A stretch of 64,000 nucleotides of DNA, taken from Candidatus Omnitrophota bacterium. GTDB lineage: Bacteria > Omnitrophota > Gorgyraeia > Velamenicoccales > JABMQK01. Below the pieces are notes generated by a model. It worked only from the letters and a program-made list of their open reading frames with translations, was not told the origin of the DNA and searched no databases. The position numbers and the translations under genes were made by a program. Each line of letters starts with the position of its first letter. Positions within the stretch are counted from its first letter, which is position 1. This document shows, piece after piece, positions 9,420 to 18,691 of this stretch. The stretch lies in assembly GCA_042570265.1 (NCBI GenBank), contig JBHPGU010000007.1:4883-68882 (forward strand), in the 5' to 3' direction.

Positions 9420-10708
9420 GTGATCGGGTTCTTCTTACGCCACCTTCTCCAGGCGATGCCGATTAATTGATCTAGGATATCATCTACGGTTATAACACCC
9501 TGAATGACCTTCTCTTCATTGACAACAGCTAAAACATTTAATTTGTACTTATCCATTAAAACGGCTACCTCTTTTACGCTGTCATCAGGGTAGACGTAGA
9601 TGTTTTTTCTAAACTTTGCCTTCAAAATATTTTCTTTTGGATCCAAAGATATGAGCCGGCGCAAATTTGTAAATCCCAAGAGATGGGCATCATTGTCCAG
9701 TATGTACATATACTGCATCGATACCGGCTTGGAGGTATCCATCTTAATCATATCTAGCGCCTCGCCAACGGTCATCTGTTGAGAAAGGGCAAAAAATTCT
9801 GTGGTCATAAGGCCACCCGCGGATTCACTCTCGTAACCTAACAGCGTGGATAGTCGTTTAGCTTTAGGGGTCTCGAGCAGTGACAAAGTCTTATTTACCG
9901 ATTCCTGAGGCAGCTCATCCAAAAGATCCGCAGCTTCATCCGAGGGCATACGTGAGATTATCTCCACAGTCTCTTTATCGGTTAAATCGTCAAGTAGAGA
10001 TTTTTGCTCTAAAAAATCCAATAATGAAAAAATAGCACTCTTTGTCTCTAGATCCAACGTCTTAAATAAGGCCAAGCGATGCTTATGATCAAGGTCTACC
10101 ATGATCTCTGATAAATCCGCAGGATGGATATCGCTCCACTGTCTCAGCGAGACATTGACCTTGATTGATTTAGAGACTGGATTGATAGATAAAGATTGGA
10201 TGTTCTTCCAAGGAATAAGTTTTTCCCTTGTCAAATAGGCCGCGTTCTTGTTGAATAGGCCGACTAGGACATCCACAATTTTCTCAAAGCCCAAACGTCT
10301 GATAAAGGCCTTTGCCCCTATCTCAACATGAGCTACTATCAAATCTTTGTCAGCTTCGATCAAATGGACATCGTTAATTCTAACAACTTTATGATGAAAG
10401 ATATCCACCACTTGTTGATCGAGCATATCCCTGCGCAAGGTAAGCTTGTCTCGATCGTCTGGAAGGATGTCAAAGTGCAGCTCCTTACCAGATAAATCCA
10501 CCTGCAGGTTTTTTGCCGTCCTTTCTCTAACCAGTCCCCAAGGGATAATGGCGTAACGTTTACGCAATGTTCCGCTGGAAATGATTAAATAAATAGCCTT
10601 AGGGTAGATATCCGCCTGGCCCACAACAATATCATGGAGCTTACCCACAAATTTATCTTCTTTGTCCAAGATATCAGTATTAATCAATCGAGAAAAATAA
10701 ACAAACAT
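9416..10708 (-). CDS. PRC-barrel + MgtE N-terminal + tandem CBS domain protein (no transmembrane pore)
   Basis: HPADLSEI, MPSDEAADLL, YESESAGGLMTTEF, GVITVDD; 4-nt overlap with the NRAMP gene. Confidence 0.85.
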   Translation of the reverse strand: MFVYFSRLINTDILDKEDKFVGKLHDIVVGQADIYPKAIYLIISSGTLRKRYAIIPWGLVRERTAKNLQVDLSGKELHFDILPDDRDKLTLRRDMLDQQVVDIFHHKVVRINDVHLIEADKDLIVAHVEIGAKAFIRRLGFEKIVDVLVGLFNKNAAYLTREKLIPWKNIQSLSINPVSKSIKVNVSLRQWSDIHPADLSEIMVDLDHKHRLALFKTLDLETKSAIFSLLDFLEQKSLLDDLTDKETVEIISRMPSDEAADLLDELPQESVNKTLSLLETPKAKRLSTLLGYESESAGGLMTTEFFALSQQMTVGEALDMIKMDTSKPVSMQYMYILDNDAHLLGFTNLRRLISLDPKENILKAKFRKNIYVYPDDSVKEVAVLMDKYKLNVLAVVNEEKVIQGVITVDDILDQLIGIAWRRWRKKNPIT

Positions 10709-10826
10709 TTCATATCCTTTTTAAAGATTAGTTAAAATACTAAATTCAACGTATTATAAGTCTTAACAATACATTAAATCAAGCAATATATTAAAAACTA
10801 TCGGGAATTTGGTGGTTCAAGATAAG

Positions 10827-10897
10827 AGCGAGCGATGGGAATCGAACCCACATAAATAGCTTGGAAGGCTATTGTTCTACCATTGAACTACGCTCGC
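10827..10897 (-). tRNA. tRNA-Gly(TCC)
   Basis: GCGAGCGTAGTTCAATGGTAGAACAATAGCCTTCCAAGCTATTTATGTGGGTTCGATTCCCATCGCTCGCT; CCA not encoded. Confidence 0.95.
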
Positions 10898-10935
10898 AAA
10901 GTAGCCCAACACGAAAGTTGTTGGGCGAAGACGAA

Positions 10936-11018
10936 TGGACAGGAGAGGATTTGAACCTCTGAAGCACATGTGCAGCAGATTTACAGTCTGCCCCCTTTGG
11001 CCGCTTGGGTACCTGTCC
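10936..11018 (-). tRNA. tRNA-Tyr(GTA)
   Basis: GGACAGGTACCCAAGCGGCCAAAGGGGGCAGACTGTAAATCTGC, long variable arm, GGTTCAAATCC. Confidence 0.95.
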
Positions 11019-11066
11019 AGAACTTTAGCTAATTATTAAGCTTTTAAGCTTAATTCTTTAAATCAA

Positions 11067-11104
11067 AGCTGGCGGAGAGAATCGAACTCACGACCTGAGG
11101 TTTA
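11067..11104 (-). pseudogene. Isolated 3' half of tRNA-Thr(TGT) (position 36 to discriminator)
   Basis: Exact 38-nt copy of 11182-11219. Confidence 0.85.
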
Positions 11105-11181
11105 TACCTCGGGTCAGCTCTTGGCATCCCTCGAGGATCCCTATCAAAGTGAGGGATCCTTCGCTCAAACTATTAAATCTA

Positions 11182-11254
11182 AGCTGGCGGAGAGAATCGA
11201 ACTCACGACCTGAGGTTTACAAAACCCCTGCTCTACCTTCTGAGCTACGCCAGC
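11182..11254 (-). tRNA. tRNA-Thr(TGT), intact
   Basis: GCTGGCGTAGCTCAGAAGGTAGAGCAGGGGTTTTGTAAACCTCAGGTCGTGAGTTCGATTCTCTCCGCCAGCT; part of a Thr-Tyr-Gly cluster. Confidence 0.95.
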
Positions 11255-11306
11255 AAAAAATTTTCAATCTCAGAATCCCTCAAGTGGATCCCGAACGAGG
11301 CGAGGG

Positions 11307-11342
11307 ACAAAACCCCTGCTCTACCTTCTGAGCTACGCCAGC
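11307..11342 (-). pseudogene. Isolated 5' half of tRNA-Thr(TGT) (positions 1-36)
   Basis: Exact 36-nt copy of 11219-11254. Confidence 0.85.
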
Positions 11343-11409
11343 AAATATTTTGCTAAAATTAAATATTGATTATTATATAATTTTCAAAAAAAATCAAACA
11401 ATTTATAGC

Positions 11410-12363
11410 TTAAGGCGTCCAAGCATTCTTAGACTTAAACCAATCTACTGTTATTTTTAAGCCCTCTTCAAAATCAACAAGCGATTGGAAACCCAGCGCT
11501 TCTTTTATGCGAGAAGTATCAGCTAAAGTCTTAAATACATCTCCTAGGCGAATTGGCAAAAATTTAGGCTCAATAAACTTATTTATAATCTTATTCAATG
11601 CAGCGACCAAGTCCAACACGCTATGGTCCTTACTATTGGCTACATTGAATACCCCGCTTTTAATGCCTTCTTTGGTGGCTGCCAGAATATTTGCCTCGAC
11701 CACATTGGCGATAAATGTAAAGTCCCGGGATTGTTTCCCATTGCCAAAAATTGGAGGCTGCTCATCACTTAAGATGCAATCTATGAACTTAGGAATAACC
11801 ACGGCGTATTCATCATCTAGGCTCTGTCGTGGGCCAAAGACATTAAAATACCTCAAACTAACAGTGGTTAATTTGTAGTTTTCACTAAAGATGCGGCAAT
11901 AGTACTCCCCTGCCAATTTGGACAACGCATACGGTGAAATCAACAGCGGCAAAGAATCCTCTTTCTGTGGAAACACATCTGTATCGCCATATATCGAACT
12001 AGAAGAGGCAAAGACAAAACGTTTAACCTCACACTCCCTGGCTGCCTGTAATAAATTTAGCGTTCCGTTGATATTTACGTCATTATAGGCATAAGGGTCG
12101 TCCATGGATTTAGGAACCGATCGCAGTGCCGCCTGATGCAAAATATAATCCACGCCTTGAGCGGCCCTAAGGCACACTCCATCATCTCTGATATCGCCTT
12201 CAATTAATTCGAAATTTGTGTTTCCTTCCGCAAATTCCAGATTTTCTTTTTTGCCGCTGAAAAAATTATCTAGGACTCTGACAAAATTTCCTTCTTTTAG
12301 TAAACGTTCTGTGATATGTGAACCGATGAATCCCGCACCGCCTGTAACTAAATATTTTTTCAT
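11410..12363 (-). CDS. NAD-dependent nucleotide-sugar epimerase (WbpP/GalE-like extended SDR)
   Basis: TGGAGFIGS, ASSSSIYG, SPYALSK (YxxxK), LRYFNVFGP, QSRDF. Confidence 0.9.
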   Translation of the reverse strand: MKKYLVTGGAGFIGSHITERLLKEGNFVRVLDNFFSGKKENLEFAEGNTNFELIEGDIRDDGVCLRAAQGVDYILHQAALRSVPKSMDDPYAYNDVNINGTLNLLQAARECEVKRFVFASSSSIYGDTDVFPQKEDSLPLLISPYALSKLAGEYYCRIFSENYKLTTVSLRYFNVFGPRQSLDDEYAVVIPKFIDCILSDEQPPIFGNGKQSRDFTFIANVVEANILAATKEGIKSGVFNVANSKDHSVLDLVAALNKIINKFIEPKFLPIRLGDVFKTLADTSRIKEALGFQSLVDFEEGLKITVDWFKSKNAWTP

Positions 12364-12381
12364 AACTATCTATAAACCTCC

Positions 12382-13266
12382 CTAGTTTTGTCCTCCGCTC
12401 TTTTTTATAGCCGCGGGTAAATAATCAATTATATCTGAAGCTATCATTCCCAGCTGTGTCTTATCCTTTACCGCTAAATCACCGGCCAACCCATGAATAT
12501 AGGCCCCTAACTTCGCGGCTTCAAAACTTGGCAGGCCCTGGGCCAAAAATGCCGAGATGACTCCATCAAGCACATCTCCAGAACCAGCTGTACTCATACC
12601 ACTATTGCCGGTCTTATTAACGTAGAGTGAACCGAATGGAGAAGCGACTATTGTCAGGTGCCCTTTTAAAACCAGTATCGCATTGTATTCTTCAGCAAAC
12701 TTCTTGGCAAAGTCTCTTCTCTTATTTTGTATATCCTTTGCCTTAACATCCATTATTCTGCCTAGCTCACCAGGGTGCGGTGTAATTATCCTTAAATTAC
12801 TCTTAGGCAGTGGCAGGCATGAAACCCCTACCTTAAATTTATCCATAAAACCAATCCAGGCATTTATTGCGTCTGCGTCGATGACTGTCTGTATGCGGGT
12901 TTCAAAGATCACCTTTCTGGCCAATTCTTGTGTTTGAAGATTTCTGGAAAGCCCTGGGCCGATCATCAAAACATCGGCCTTAGATAAAAAATCTTTTATT
13001 GTGCGAAAAGCGGTTTTTGCTATAGTGCCTTCATCCGTCTCAGGCAGAGGCAGAGTCATAATCTCCGGGCAATAACTTACAACCGCAGGAACCAAACTTT
13101 TGGGCAAACCTAGAGTGACCAAACCAGCACCGCAACGCAAAACCGTCTTAGCGGTCAGAATCGCTGCTCCACACATACCTAAAGACCCAGCCACCACAAA
13201 GACATGACCAAAATCTCTCTTATGAGAATCTTCTTTTCTCCTAGATAACCGCTGTGGCAATCGCAT
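12382..13266 (-). CDS. nnrD: ADP-dependent NAD(P)H-hydrate dehydratase (YjeF C-domain only)
   Basis: HKRDFG, GAGLV, IGPGL, IDADA, TPHPGE, VLKG, GSGDVL. Confidence 0.9.
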   Translation of the reverse strand: MRLPQRLSRRKEDSHKRDFGHVFVVAGSLGMCGAAILTAKTVLRCGAGLVTLGLPKSLVPAVVSYCPEIMTLPLPETDEGTIAKTAFRTIKDFLSKADVLMIGPGLSRNLQTQELARKVIFETRIQTVIDADAINAWIGFMDKFKVGVSCLPLPKSNLRIITPHPGELGRIMDVKAKDIQNKRRDFAKKFAEEYNAILVLKGHLTIVASPFGSLYVNKTGNSGMSTAGSGDVLDGVISAFLAQGLPSFEAAKLGAYIHGLAGDLAVKDKTQLGMIASDIIDYLPAAIKKSGGQN

Positions 13267-13576
13267 ATTTATCCGTATGGGCTATGGAAAGATGAATCTG
13301 GTTTTTCTTTTTATTTATCCTACAAGATGGCTTTCCAAATTTATCATTAATTATCTCGATATCTTTAAATGTAACCGGATTATTTCCGAAAGCTTTTATA
13401 ATCGATTCCTTGGCCGCAAAACGCGCTGCCAGGTGCTGATAAGGAAAGCGCTTCTGCATTGAATACTTAATCTCACTTTGCGTAAAAACTCTATTAAGAA
13501 AAACGTCGCCCCATTTATCTACGGCCTGTTTTAAACGAGAAATCTCAACTATGTCTACGCCTACACCCTTAGTCAT
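13241..13576 (-). CDS. acpS: Holo-[acyl-carrier-protein] synthase
   Basis: Start corrected to MTKGVGVDIVE; ARFAAKES, GKP, LSIAH motifs. Confidence 0.92.
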   Translation of the reverse strand: MTKGVGVDIVEISRLKQAVDKWGDVFLNRVFTQSEIKYSMQKRFPYQHLAARFAAKESIIKAFGNNPVTFKDIEIINDKFGKPSCRINKKKNQIHLSIAHTDKYAIATAVI

Positions 13577-14321
13577 TTTGAATTTGAGAGGAAACACTAA
13601 GCAAGGCCGCAGCATCAATAAGCTCCCTCATCTGGCTAACAGCTTTACCTAATCCTACCATGACTGCTCGACAAACAATAGAGTAGCCTATATTCAATTC
13701 TTCAATATTAGGAATCTTACAAATAGCAGTTGTATTCTTGTAGTCGAGGCCATGTCCGGCATTTACGCCTAAACCCAGTTTATGGGCAAACAAGACTGCA
13801 TCTTTTATTTGCGATAGGTGCTTTTGAATCTCTTTTTCTTTTTTTCTATTTGCGTAACTTCCGGTATGAATCTCTATAAAATCGGCAGCGGTCTGTTTTG
13901 CGGCCTCAATCTGCTTTTTGTCCGGCTCGATAAAAAGACTGACCAAGATATCTTGGTCATGCAGCTTACCTACCACGTCTTTAACTTTACGTTTTAAAGA
14001 GACAACATCTAAGCCGCCTTCTGTAGTAAGTTCCTGTCTTTTCTCCGGGACTAGAGTTGCCTGATCCGGAGAAACATTACAGGCGATATCCACAATCTCC
14101 TTATTTAAAGACATCTCTAAATTTAATTTAGTCTTGACGCTTTCACGTAAAATAGAAAGGTCTCTATCTTTAATATGGCGCCTGTCTTCCCTTAAATGTA
14201 TAACTATCCCGTCAGCTCCGGCCAGCTCGCAGATTCCAGCAGCGACTACTGGTTCGGGCTCGTTTGACTTTCGTAATTCCCTAAGACTTGCGATATGATC
14301 AATATTTATGCCGAGTTTCAT
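13569..14321 (-). CDS. pdxJ: Pyridoxine 5'-phosphate synthase
   Basis: LGINIDHIA, HLREDRRHI, LVPEKRQELTTEGG, EIHTG, NAGHGL. Confidence 0.95.
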   Translation of the reverse strand: MKLGINIDHIASLRELRKSNEPEPVVAAGICELAGADGIVIHLREDRRHIKDRDLSILRESVKTKLNLEMSLNKEIVDIACNVSPDQATLVPEKRQELTTEGGLDVVSLKRKVKDVVGKLHDQDILVSLFIEPDKKQIEAAKQTAADFIEIHTGSYANRKKEKEIQKHLSQIKDAVLFAHKLGLGVNAGHGLDYKNTTAICKIPNIEELNIGYSIVCRAVMVGLGKAVSQMRELIDAAALLSVSSQIQND

Positions 14322-14339
14322 TAGTTTAGATTAATTAGA

Positions 14340-14438
14340 TTAGCCGTTCACATAAAACCAGATAACTGCAGCTAATAGAAATGATACGACTTTGAGAAAA
14401 ATATGATTCGAAAACCACTTTCTAATTTTTTTGGTCAT
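14340..14438 (-). CDS. 32-aa membrane peptide resembling the N-terminal TM anchor of CdaR/YbbR
   Basis: MTKKIRKWFSNHIFLKVVSFLLAAVIWFYVNG*; starts 4 nt after the dacA stop; LKxxSxxxAxxxWFYV pattern; below ORF-track cutoff. Confidence 0.65.
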   Translation of the reverse strand: MTKKIRKWFSNHIFLKVVSFLLAAVIWFYVNG

Positions 14439-14442
14439 CGCT

Positions 14443-15237
14443 TTAACGCTTCTGTCTCAATAGGTTTCTTAATGTTCTGGCCAATTCTTCCTTTGTGATC
14501 TCACTTATCATATGTCCTTCTGTGGCCAGAGATATCTTTCCGGTCTCCTCGGAGATTACAATGACTATAGCGTCAGTGTCTTCGGAAAGGCCCAGAGCTG
14601 CTCTATGCCTGGTCCCGTAGGCGCGGCTTAATCTCGTATTGTCGGTTAATGGAAATAGGCAAGCCGCAGCAGCTAGCCGACTACCCACAATCACCACACC
14701 ACCGTCATGTAAAGGGCTGTAGTGAATAAATATCGACTCCAATAACTCCTCAGACACCATGGAATCTATTTGTACACCACTGTCGATATAAACACCCAGA
14801 GAGTTTTTCCTCTCTAAGGCTATAAGAGCACCAATCTTCTTTGCGGAGAAATCCTCAGCCGTACTGGTGAGCTGCTTAATCAGAACCTCTAACTCTTCCT
14901 CTTTTAAAATAAAAGAAGAGAATACCGAGTGCCTACCGCCACCTAAACGTGCTAAGCCCTGCCTTAATTCTGGCTGAAAAAGTATAAACACACCAATGAC
15001 CGATATGGCGAATATCTTAGTCATAATCCAATCTAAGGTACTAAGGCCGAGCCTTTGGAATACAAAGAAAATAACTATTAGAACAATTAATCCTCTTAAC
15101 ACATTTCTGGCGCGGGTCCTTTCAAAGAAGATCAAAATATGGTAAATAGCGTACCATAGAATAATTATCTCGATGACCGGCCGCCAAAACAACTTCAAAA
15201 TCTCCAGGGTATCCATGTTTTGAAAAAAAACTTCCAT
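14443..15237 (-). CDS. dacA: Membrane diadenylate cyclase CdaA/DacA
   Basis: Three N-terminal TMs, FQPELR, GALI, PLHDGG, GTRHRAA, ISEETG. Confidence 0.93.
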   Translation of the reverse strand: MEVFFQNMDTLEILKLFWRPVIEIIILWYAIYHILIFFERTRARNVLRGLIVLIVIFFVFQRLGLSTLDWIMTKIFAISVIGVFILFQPELRQGLARLGGGRHSVFSSFILKEEELEVLIKQLTSTAEDFSAKKIGALIALERKNSLGVYIDSGVQIDSMVSEELLESIFIHYSPLHDGGVVIVGSRLAAAACLFPLTDNTRLSRAYGTRHRAALGLSEDTDAIVIVISEETGKISLATEGHMISEITKEELARTLRNLLRQKR

Positions 15238-15263
15238 TTTTATTTAATATAGCTTTTTAACCT

Positions 15264-16481
15264 CTAATTGTTTCCTATTATAGCATTACAAACGCTGATA
15301 GTCTGCTTTATTTGTTTAACATCGTGTACTCTCAAAATATTTGCTCCATCGCGTATAGACATAGCCACGGCCGCAGCTGTGCCAAAGACTCTTTGTTGTG
15401 GTTCGACTCCTAGAATCTTGCCTAGAAAAGACTTTCGAGAAACGCCTAATAGAATTGGCATCCCCAAAACCTTAAATTCTTTTAAATTTCGTAAAATTTC
15501 TAGATTGTGGCCTAAGGTCTTACCAAAACCTATACCGGGATCGACGATGATCCTATCGGACGAAATACCGAAATCTGCGGCGGAATTTATGGCACTGGAT
15601 AAAAATGAGACTATCTCATCAATCAATGAGTCGTACCGAGGATTTTTTTGCATTGTGCGCGGCGTACCCTTCATGTGCATTATAACCACGCCGGCACTAT
15701 GCCTAGATAACAACTTCCTCATCTTGATGCTCCTTAGCCCGGATATATCATTGATAATACTAGCTCCCAAATCCAAAACCACCTTGGCCACTTCAGGTTT
15801 ATAGGTATCTACGGATATGGGGACCTTGAATTCCTTTACCAGGGCTTTCAGGCAAACAGCCAGCCTTTTGGCCTCATTTTTTTTATCTATAGGCCTTGAT
15901 CCTGGCCGAGAAGATTCGGCTCCGATATCAAGGATAGCAGCCCCTTCTTTTATCATCTGCTCAGCCTTTTGCAAGACGATCTTCTCAAGGCATCTATTGC
16001 TTTCGCTTTTGCTAAAAATTCCATCTCCGCTAAAAGAATCTTCTGTGACATTAATAATACCCATGATTAACGTCTTATCTTTGATATTCAAAGAGTACTT
16101 GCCGCACTTGAGATGAAATCTATCTTTTTTGTAGTTGGCTATTACCCTATCTAACTGCCTGCCTACCTCATCTAATCTAAAGGGCTGCATTCTTAATTTT
16201 CCAATCAATCTCTTCAACTGCACATTATTACCTATTATCAGACAGGGGGTATTTTTTTCTTTCCCCGTAATCGACTGGCGGCTAATGGCCACATCTCCAC
16301 CTAAAGACAACATCTCTTGCTTTAAGATATTGGCGCAGATCGAAGGAACGCTATTTATCTTAATCAAAAAAGAGTTCGCCTTGGGAGACATTATCTTGAT
16401 GCCATATTCATCTACCTTGATATCCCTTAATTGACGAACCATACCTGCTTGATTGTTAAAAGAAATGACGCGGGGTATCAT
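15264..16481 (-). CDS. folP: Dihydropteroate synthase with ~140-aa N-terminal extension
   Basis: MGIINVTEDSFSGDG, GAESSRPG, DPGIGFGK, SRKS, RVHDV; start probably MIPRV just after ftsH stop. Confidence 0.9.
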   Translation of the reverse strand: MIPRVISFNNQAGMVRQLRDIKVDEYGIKIMSPKANSFLIKINSVPSICANILKQEMLSLGGDVAISRQSITGKEKNTPCLIIGNNVQLKRLIGKLRMQPFRLDEVGRQLDRVIANYKKDRFHLKCGKYSLNIKDKTLIMGIINVTEDSFSGDGIFSKSESNRCLEKIVLQKAEQMIKEGAAILDIGAESSRPGSRPIDKKNEAKRLAVCLKALVKEFKVPISVDTYKPEVAKVVLDLGASIINDISGLRSIKMRKLLSRHSAGVVIMHMKGTPRTMQKNPRYDSLIDEIVSFLSSAINSAADFGISSDRIIVDPGIGFGKTLGHNLEILRNLKEFKVLGMPILLGVSRKSFLGKILGVEPQQRVFGTAAAVAMSIRDGANILRVHDVKQIKQTISVCNAIIGNN

Positions 16482-16485
16482 CTGT

Positions 16486-18405
16486 TTAGGCAGAAGCTTT
16501 CTTATCTGGTTTCGACTCTTTTTGATTCTCATCCTTGACTGCAATCCCTAACAGCTTCTTAACATCTTCTACTTGCAAAACTTCTTTTTCAACTAATGCA
16601 TTTGCCAAAGTTACAAGCTTATCCTTATTATCCAGAATCAATTTCTTTGCCTTTGCATAACATTCATCAATGATGCGCTTGACCTCCTCATCAACAATCT
16701 TGGCTGTCTCTTCACTATAATCCCTCTCCCTGGCTAAATCTCTTCCCAAGAATATAGGGTCATGGCTATTGCCTAAAGAATACTTACCCAGCCGCTCGCT
16801 CATGCCGTAATCACAAATCATATGCCGTGCTTCTTTAGTAACGTATGAAAGATCGGCGCTACTGCCAGTAGTTATATCGTCAAGAAAGATTTCCTCTGAA
16901 GCTACGCCGCCCAAACCTACCGCTATATTACCCAGAAGCTCTTTCTTAGGATGGTAATATTTGTCTTCGCTCGGAGGCATAAAGGTATATCCACCAGCCA
17001 AGCCGCGAGGAATAATTGTAACTTTAGCCATAGGGTTGACATCAGGAATTAACAATGAGAGTAAGGCATGTCCAGCTTCGTGGTACGCTGTTATCCTTTT
17101 ATCCTTCGCAGAGATCACTTTGCTTTTCTTCTCTGGCCCCATTACTACTCGCTCTATAGACTCTTCCAGCTCCGACTGATCAACCGATTCCTTATTATGT
17201 CGTGCAGCCAATAACGCGGCTTCGTTGCAAAGGTTTTCAAGGTCCGCACCAGAAAAAAGAGAAGTCCTTTTAGCAATCTCGGCCAGGTTTACATCTTTAG
17301 ATAATTTGATTTTCCTAGTATGGACTCTTAAAATCCCTTCCCTGCCTTTTATATCCGGGCGGTCGACCACGACATAACGATCAAAGCGGCCCTTCCTAAG
17401 CAGAGCTAAATCTAGGGTATCAGGCCTGTTTGTAGCGGCCATAACAATTACGCCAATTTCTGTTTGAAAACCATCCATCTCAGTAAGTAATTGATTCAGC
17501 GTCTGCTCTCTTTCATCATGCCCACCACCTAAGCCCGCGAAACGCTGCCTTCCTACCGCATCAAGCTCATCAATAAAAATAATACTACCTGTCTTCGATA
17601 ATTTTGCAGCCTTTTTAGCTTGATCAAATAAATCGCGCACCCTTGAAGCACCCACACCCACAAACATCTCCACAAAATCAGATCCGCTCATACTAAAGAA
17701 CGGTACGCTTGCTTCACCTGCGACAGCCTTTGCCAGAAGCGTCTTGCCGCAGCCCGGAGGGCCAACTAACAAAACTCCTTTTGGGAACCTTCCTCCCAAA
17801 CGCTGGAATCTCTTAGGGTCCTTCAAAAATTCAATGACCTCGCTTAACTCTTCCTTGGCCTCATCAACACCAGCCACGTCTTTAAAAGTGACTCCTTTAT
17901 CCTTTTCGTTTTTAGCCAGACGAGTGCGGGCTTTTCCGAAAGACCAGAGGCGATTGCCCATTTCTGAACCGCGCATGCTCAGGTACCAGAATAAAAGTAT
18001 AAACAATAATACCGGGCCGAAAGAAAATAATAGGTTGGCCCAGATATTCCGGGATGACTTAACGGTAAAATTATATACATTCTCTCTGATTAAAGAAATT
18101 AATTCACTGTCCTCTTCTGGAGTCAGCACAAAAAACCTTTCCCCGTTATTCAATTCGCCGCGCAGTGTAGCATCAATTTTCTCCAAACTCTTTATAGAAG
18201 CAGCTTCATCCCTTAAGATGCGATAAAACTCACCATAATTCATCTCTTGGGGCACGCCATTCATATTAACCACGTTAGAGGTGGCCATTATATTGATCAT
18301 CCAGAGTATGGCTAAGGTGAGAATTACCCAACCCAGGACACTGCTATTATTCTTCTTGTCTTTCTTACTACCGCCCTTTTTCTGAGCATTCATATTTTTT
18401 TGCAT
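16486..18405 (-). CDS. ftsH: ATP-dependent zinc metalloprotease FtsH
   Basis: Two TMs, GPPGCGKT Walker A, IFIDE, AATNRPD, HEAGH. Confidence 0.97.
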   Translation of the reverse strand: MQKNMNAQKKGGSKKDKKNNSSVLGWVILTLAILWMINIMATSNVVNMNGVPQEMNYGEFYRILRDEAASIKSLEKIDATLRGELNNGERFFVLTPEEDSELISLIRENVYNFTVKSSRNIWANLLFSFGPVLLFILLFWYLSMRGSEMGNRLWSFGKARTRLAKNEKDKGVTFKDVAGVDEAKEELSEVIEFLKDPKRFQRLGGRFPKGVLLVGPPGCGKTLLAKAVAGEASVPFFSMSGSDFVEMFVGVGASRVRDLFDQAKKAAKLSKTGSIIFIDELDAVGRQRFAGLGGGHDEREQTLNQLLTEMDGFQTEIGVIVMAATNRPDTLDLALLRKGRFDRYVVVDRPDIKGREGILRVHTRKIKLSKDVNLAEIAKRTSLFSGADLENLCNEAALLAARHNKESVDQSELEESIERVVMGPEKKSKVISAKDKRITAYHEAGHALLSLLIPDVNPMAKVTIIPRGLAGGYTFMPPSEDKYYHPKKELLGNIAVGLGGVASEEIFLDDITTGSSADLSYVTKEARHMICDYGMSERLGKYSLGNSHDPIFLGRDLARERDYSEETAKIVDEEVKRIIDECYAKAKKLILDNKDKLVTLANALVEKEVLQVEDVKKLLGIAVKDENQKESKPDKKASA

Positions 18406-18420
18406 TATTTTTCACTTGAG

Positions 18421-18600
18421 CTATTTTGAGCCCGAGTCCTTGATTTTGATTTCTTGTTGGTTGATATTGACTTCTAATTTTAGCTTTTGTTTTTCTCTCC
18501 AGCCGAATTTGCGTACAGTCTCCATAGGTAGAGTAATACAATAACTACTCTTGCCGATTTTGGTGAGCTTTCTAATATTGTTATCTTTATTGCGTCCCAC
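18421..18600 (-). CDS. AbrB/MazE/SpoVT-family small DNA-binding protein (59 aa)
   Basis: GTG start: MGRNKDNNIRKLTKIGKSSYCITLPMETVRKFGWREKQKLKLEVNINQQEIKIKDSGSK*; swapped-hairpin pattern RKLxKxGxxSxxITLP; below ORF-track cutoff. Confidence 0.75.
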   Translation of the reverse strand: MGRNKDNNIRKLTKIGKSSYCITLPMETVRKFGWREKQKLKLEVNINQQEIKIKDSGSK

Positions 18601-18609
18601 GGAAATTAT

Positions 18610-18638
18610 ATTCTACTCGAAGATTATCTGTTTGTCAA
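18610..18638 (-). promoter_or_regulatory. sigma70 promoter for the abrB-like gene and ftsH
   Basis: TTGACA-N17-TAGAAT, 9 nt upstream of the GTG (near-leaderless). Confidence 0.7.
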
Positions 18639-18669
18639 AAGAAATACGTATTTAAATACGTATTTCTTT
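18638..18669. promoter_or_regulatory. 32-bp perfect palindrome, candidate operator
   Basis: AAAG-AAATACGTATTT-AAATACGTATTT-CTTT, abutting the -35 box. Confidence 0.55.
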
Positions 18670-18691
18670 ATATTAACTAATTACCTAATTT

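Noticed and set aside
11105-11306. Group I intron in tRNA-Thr (splicing from U33 to a terminal G would give a TAT anticodon)
   Set aside because: No recognisable P/Q/R/S core; only ~130 nt remain once the inner tRNA is excluded; the junction fit is probably coincidental
11149-11331. 60-aa plus-strand ORF
   Set aside because: Antisense translation of tRNA-Thr (WRRESNSRP is a typical tRNA shadow)
12790-12839. In-frame palindrome insertion in nnrD (TGCCTGCCAC shared with 56222)
   Set aside because: Only a 10-nt match with no complementary arm; could be chance
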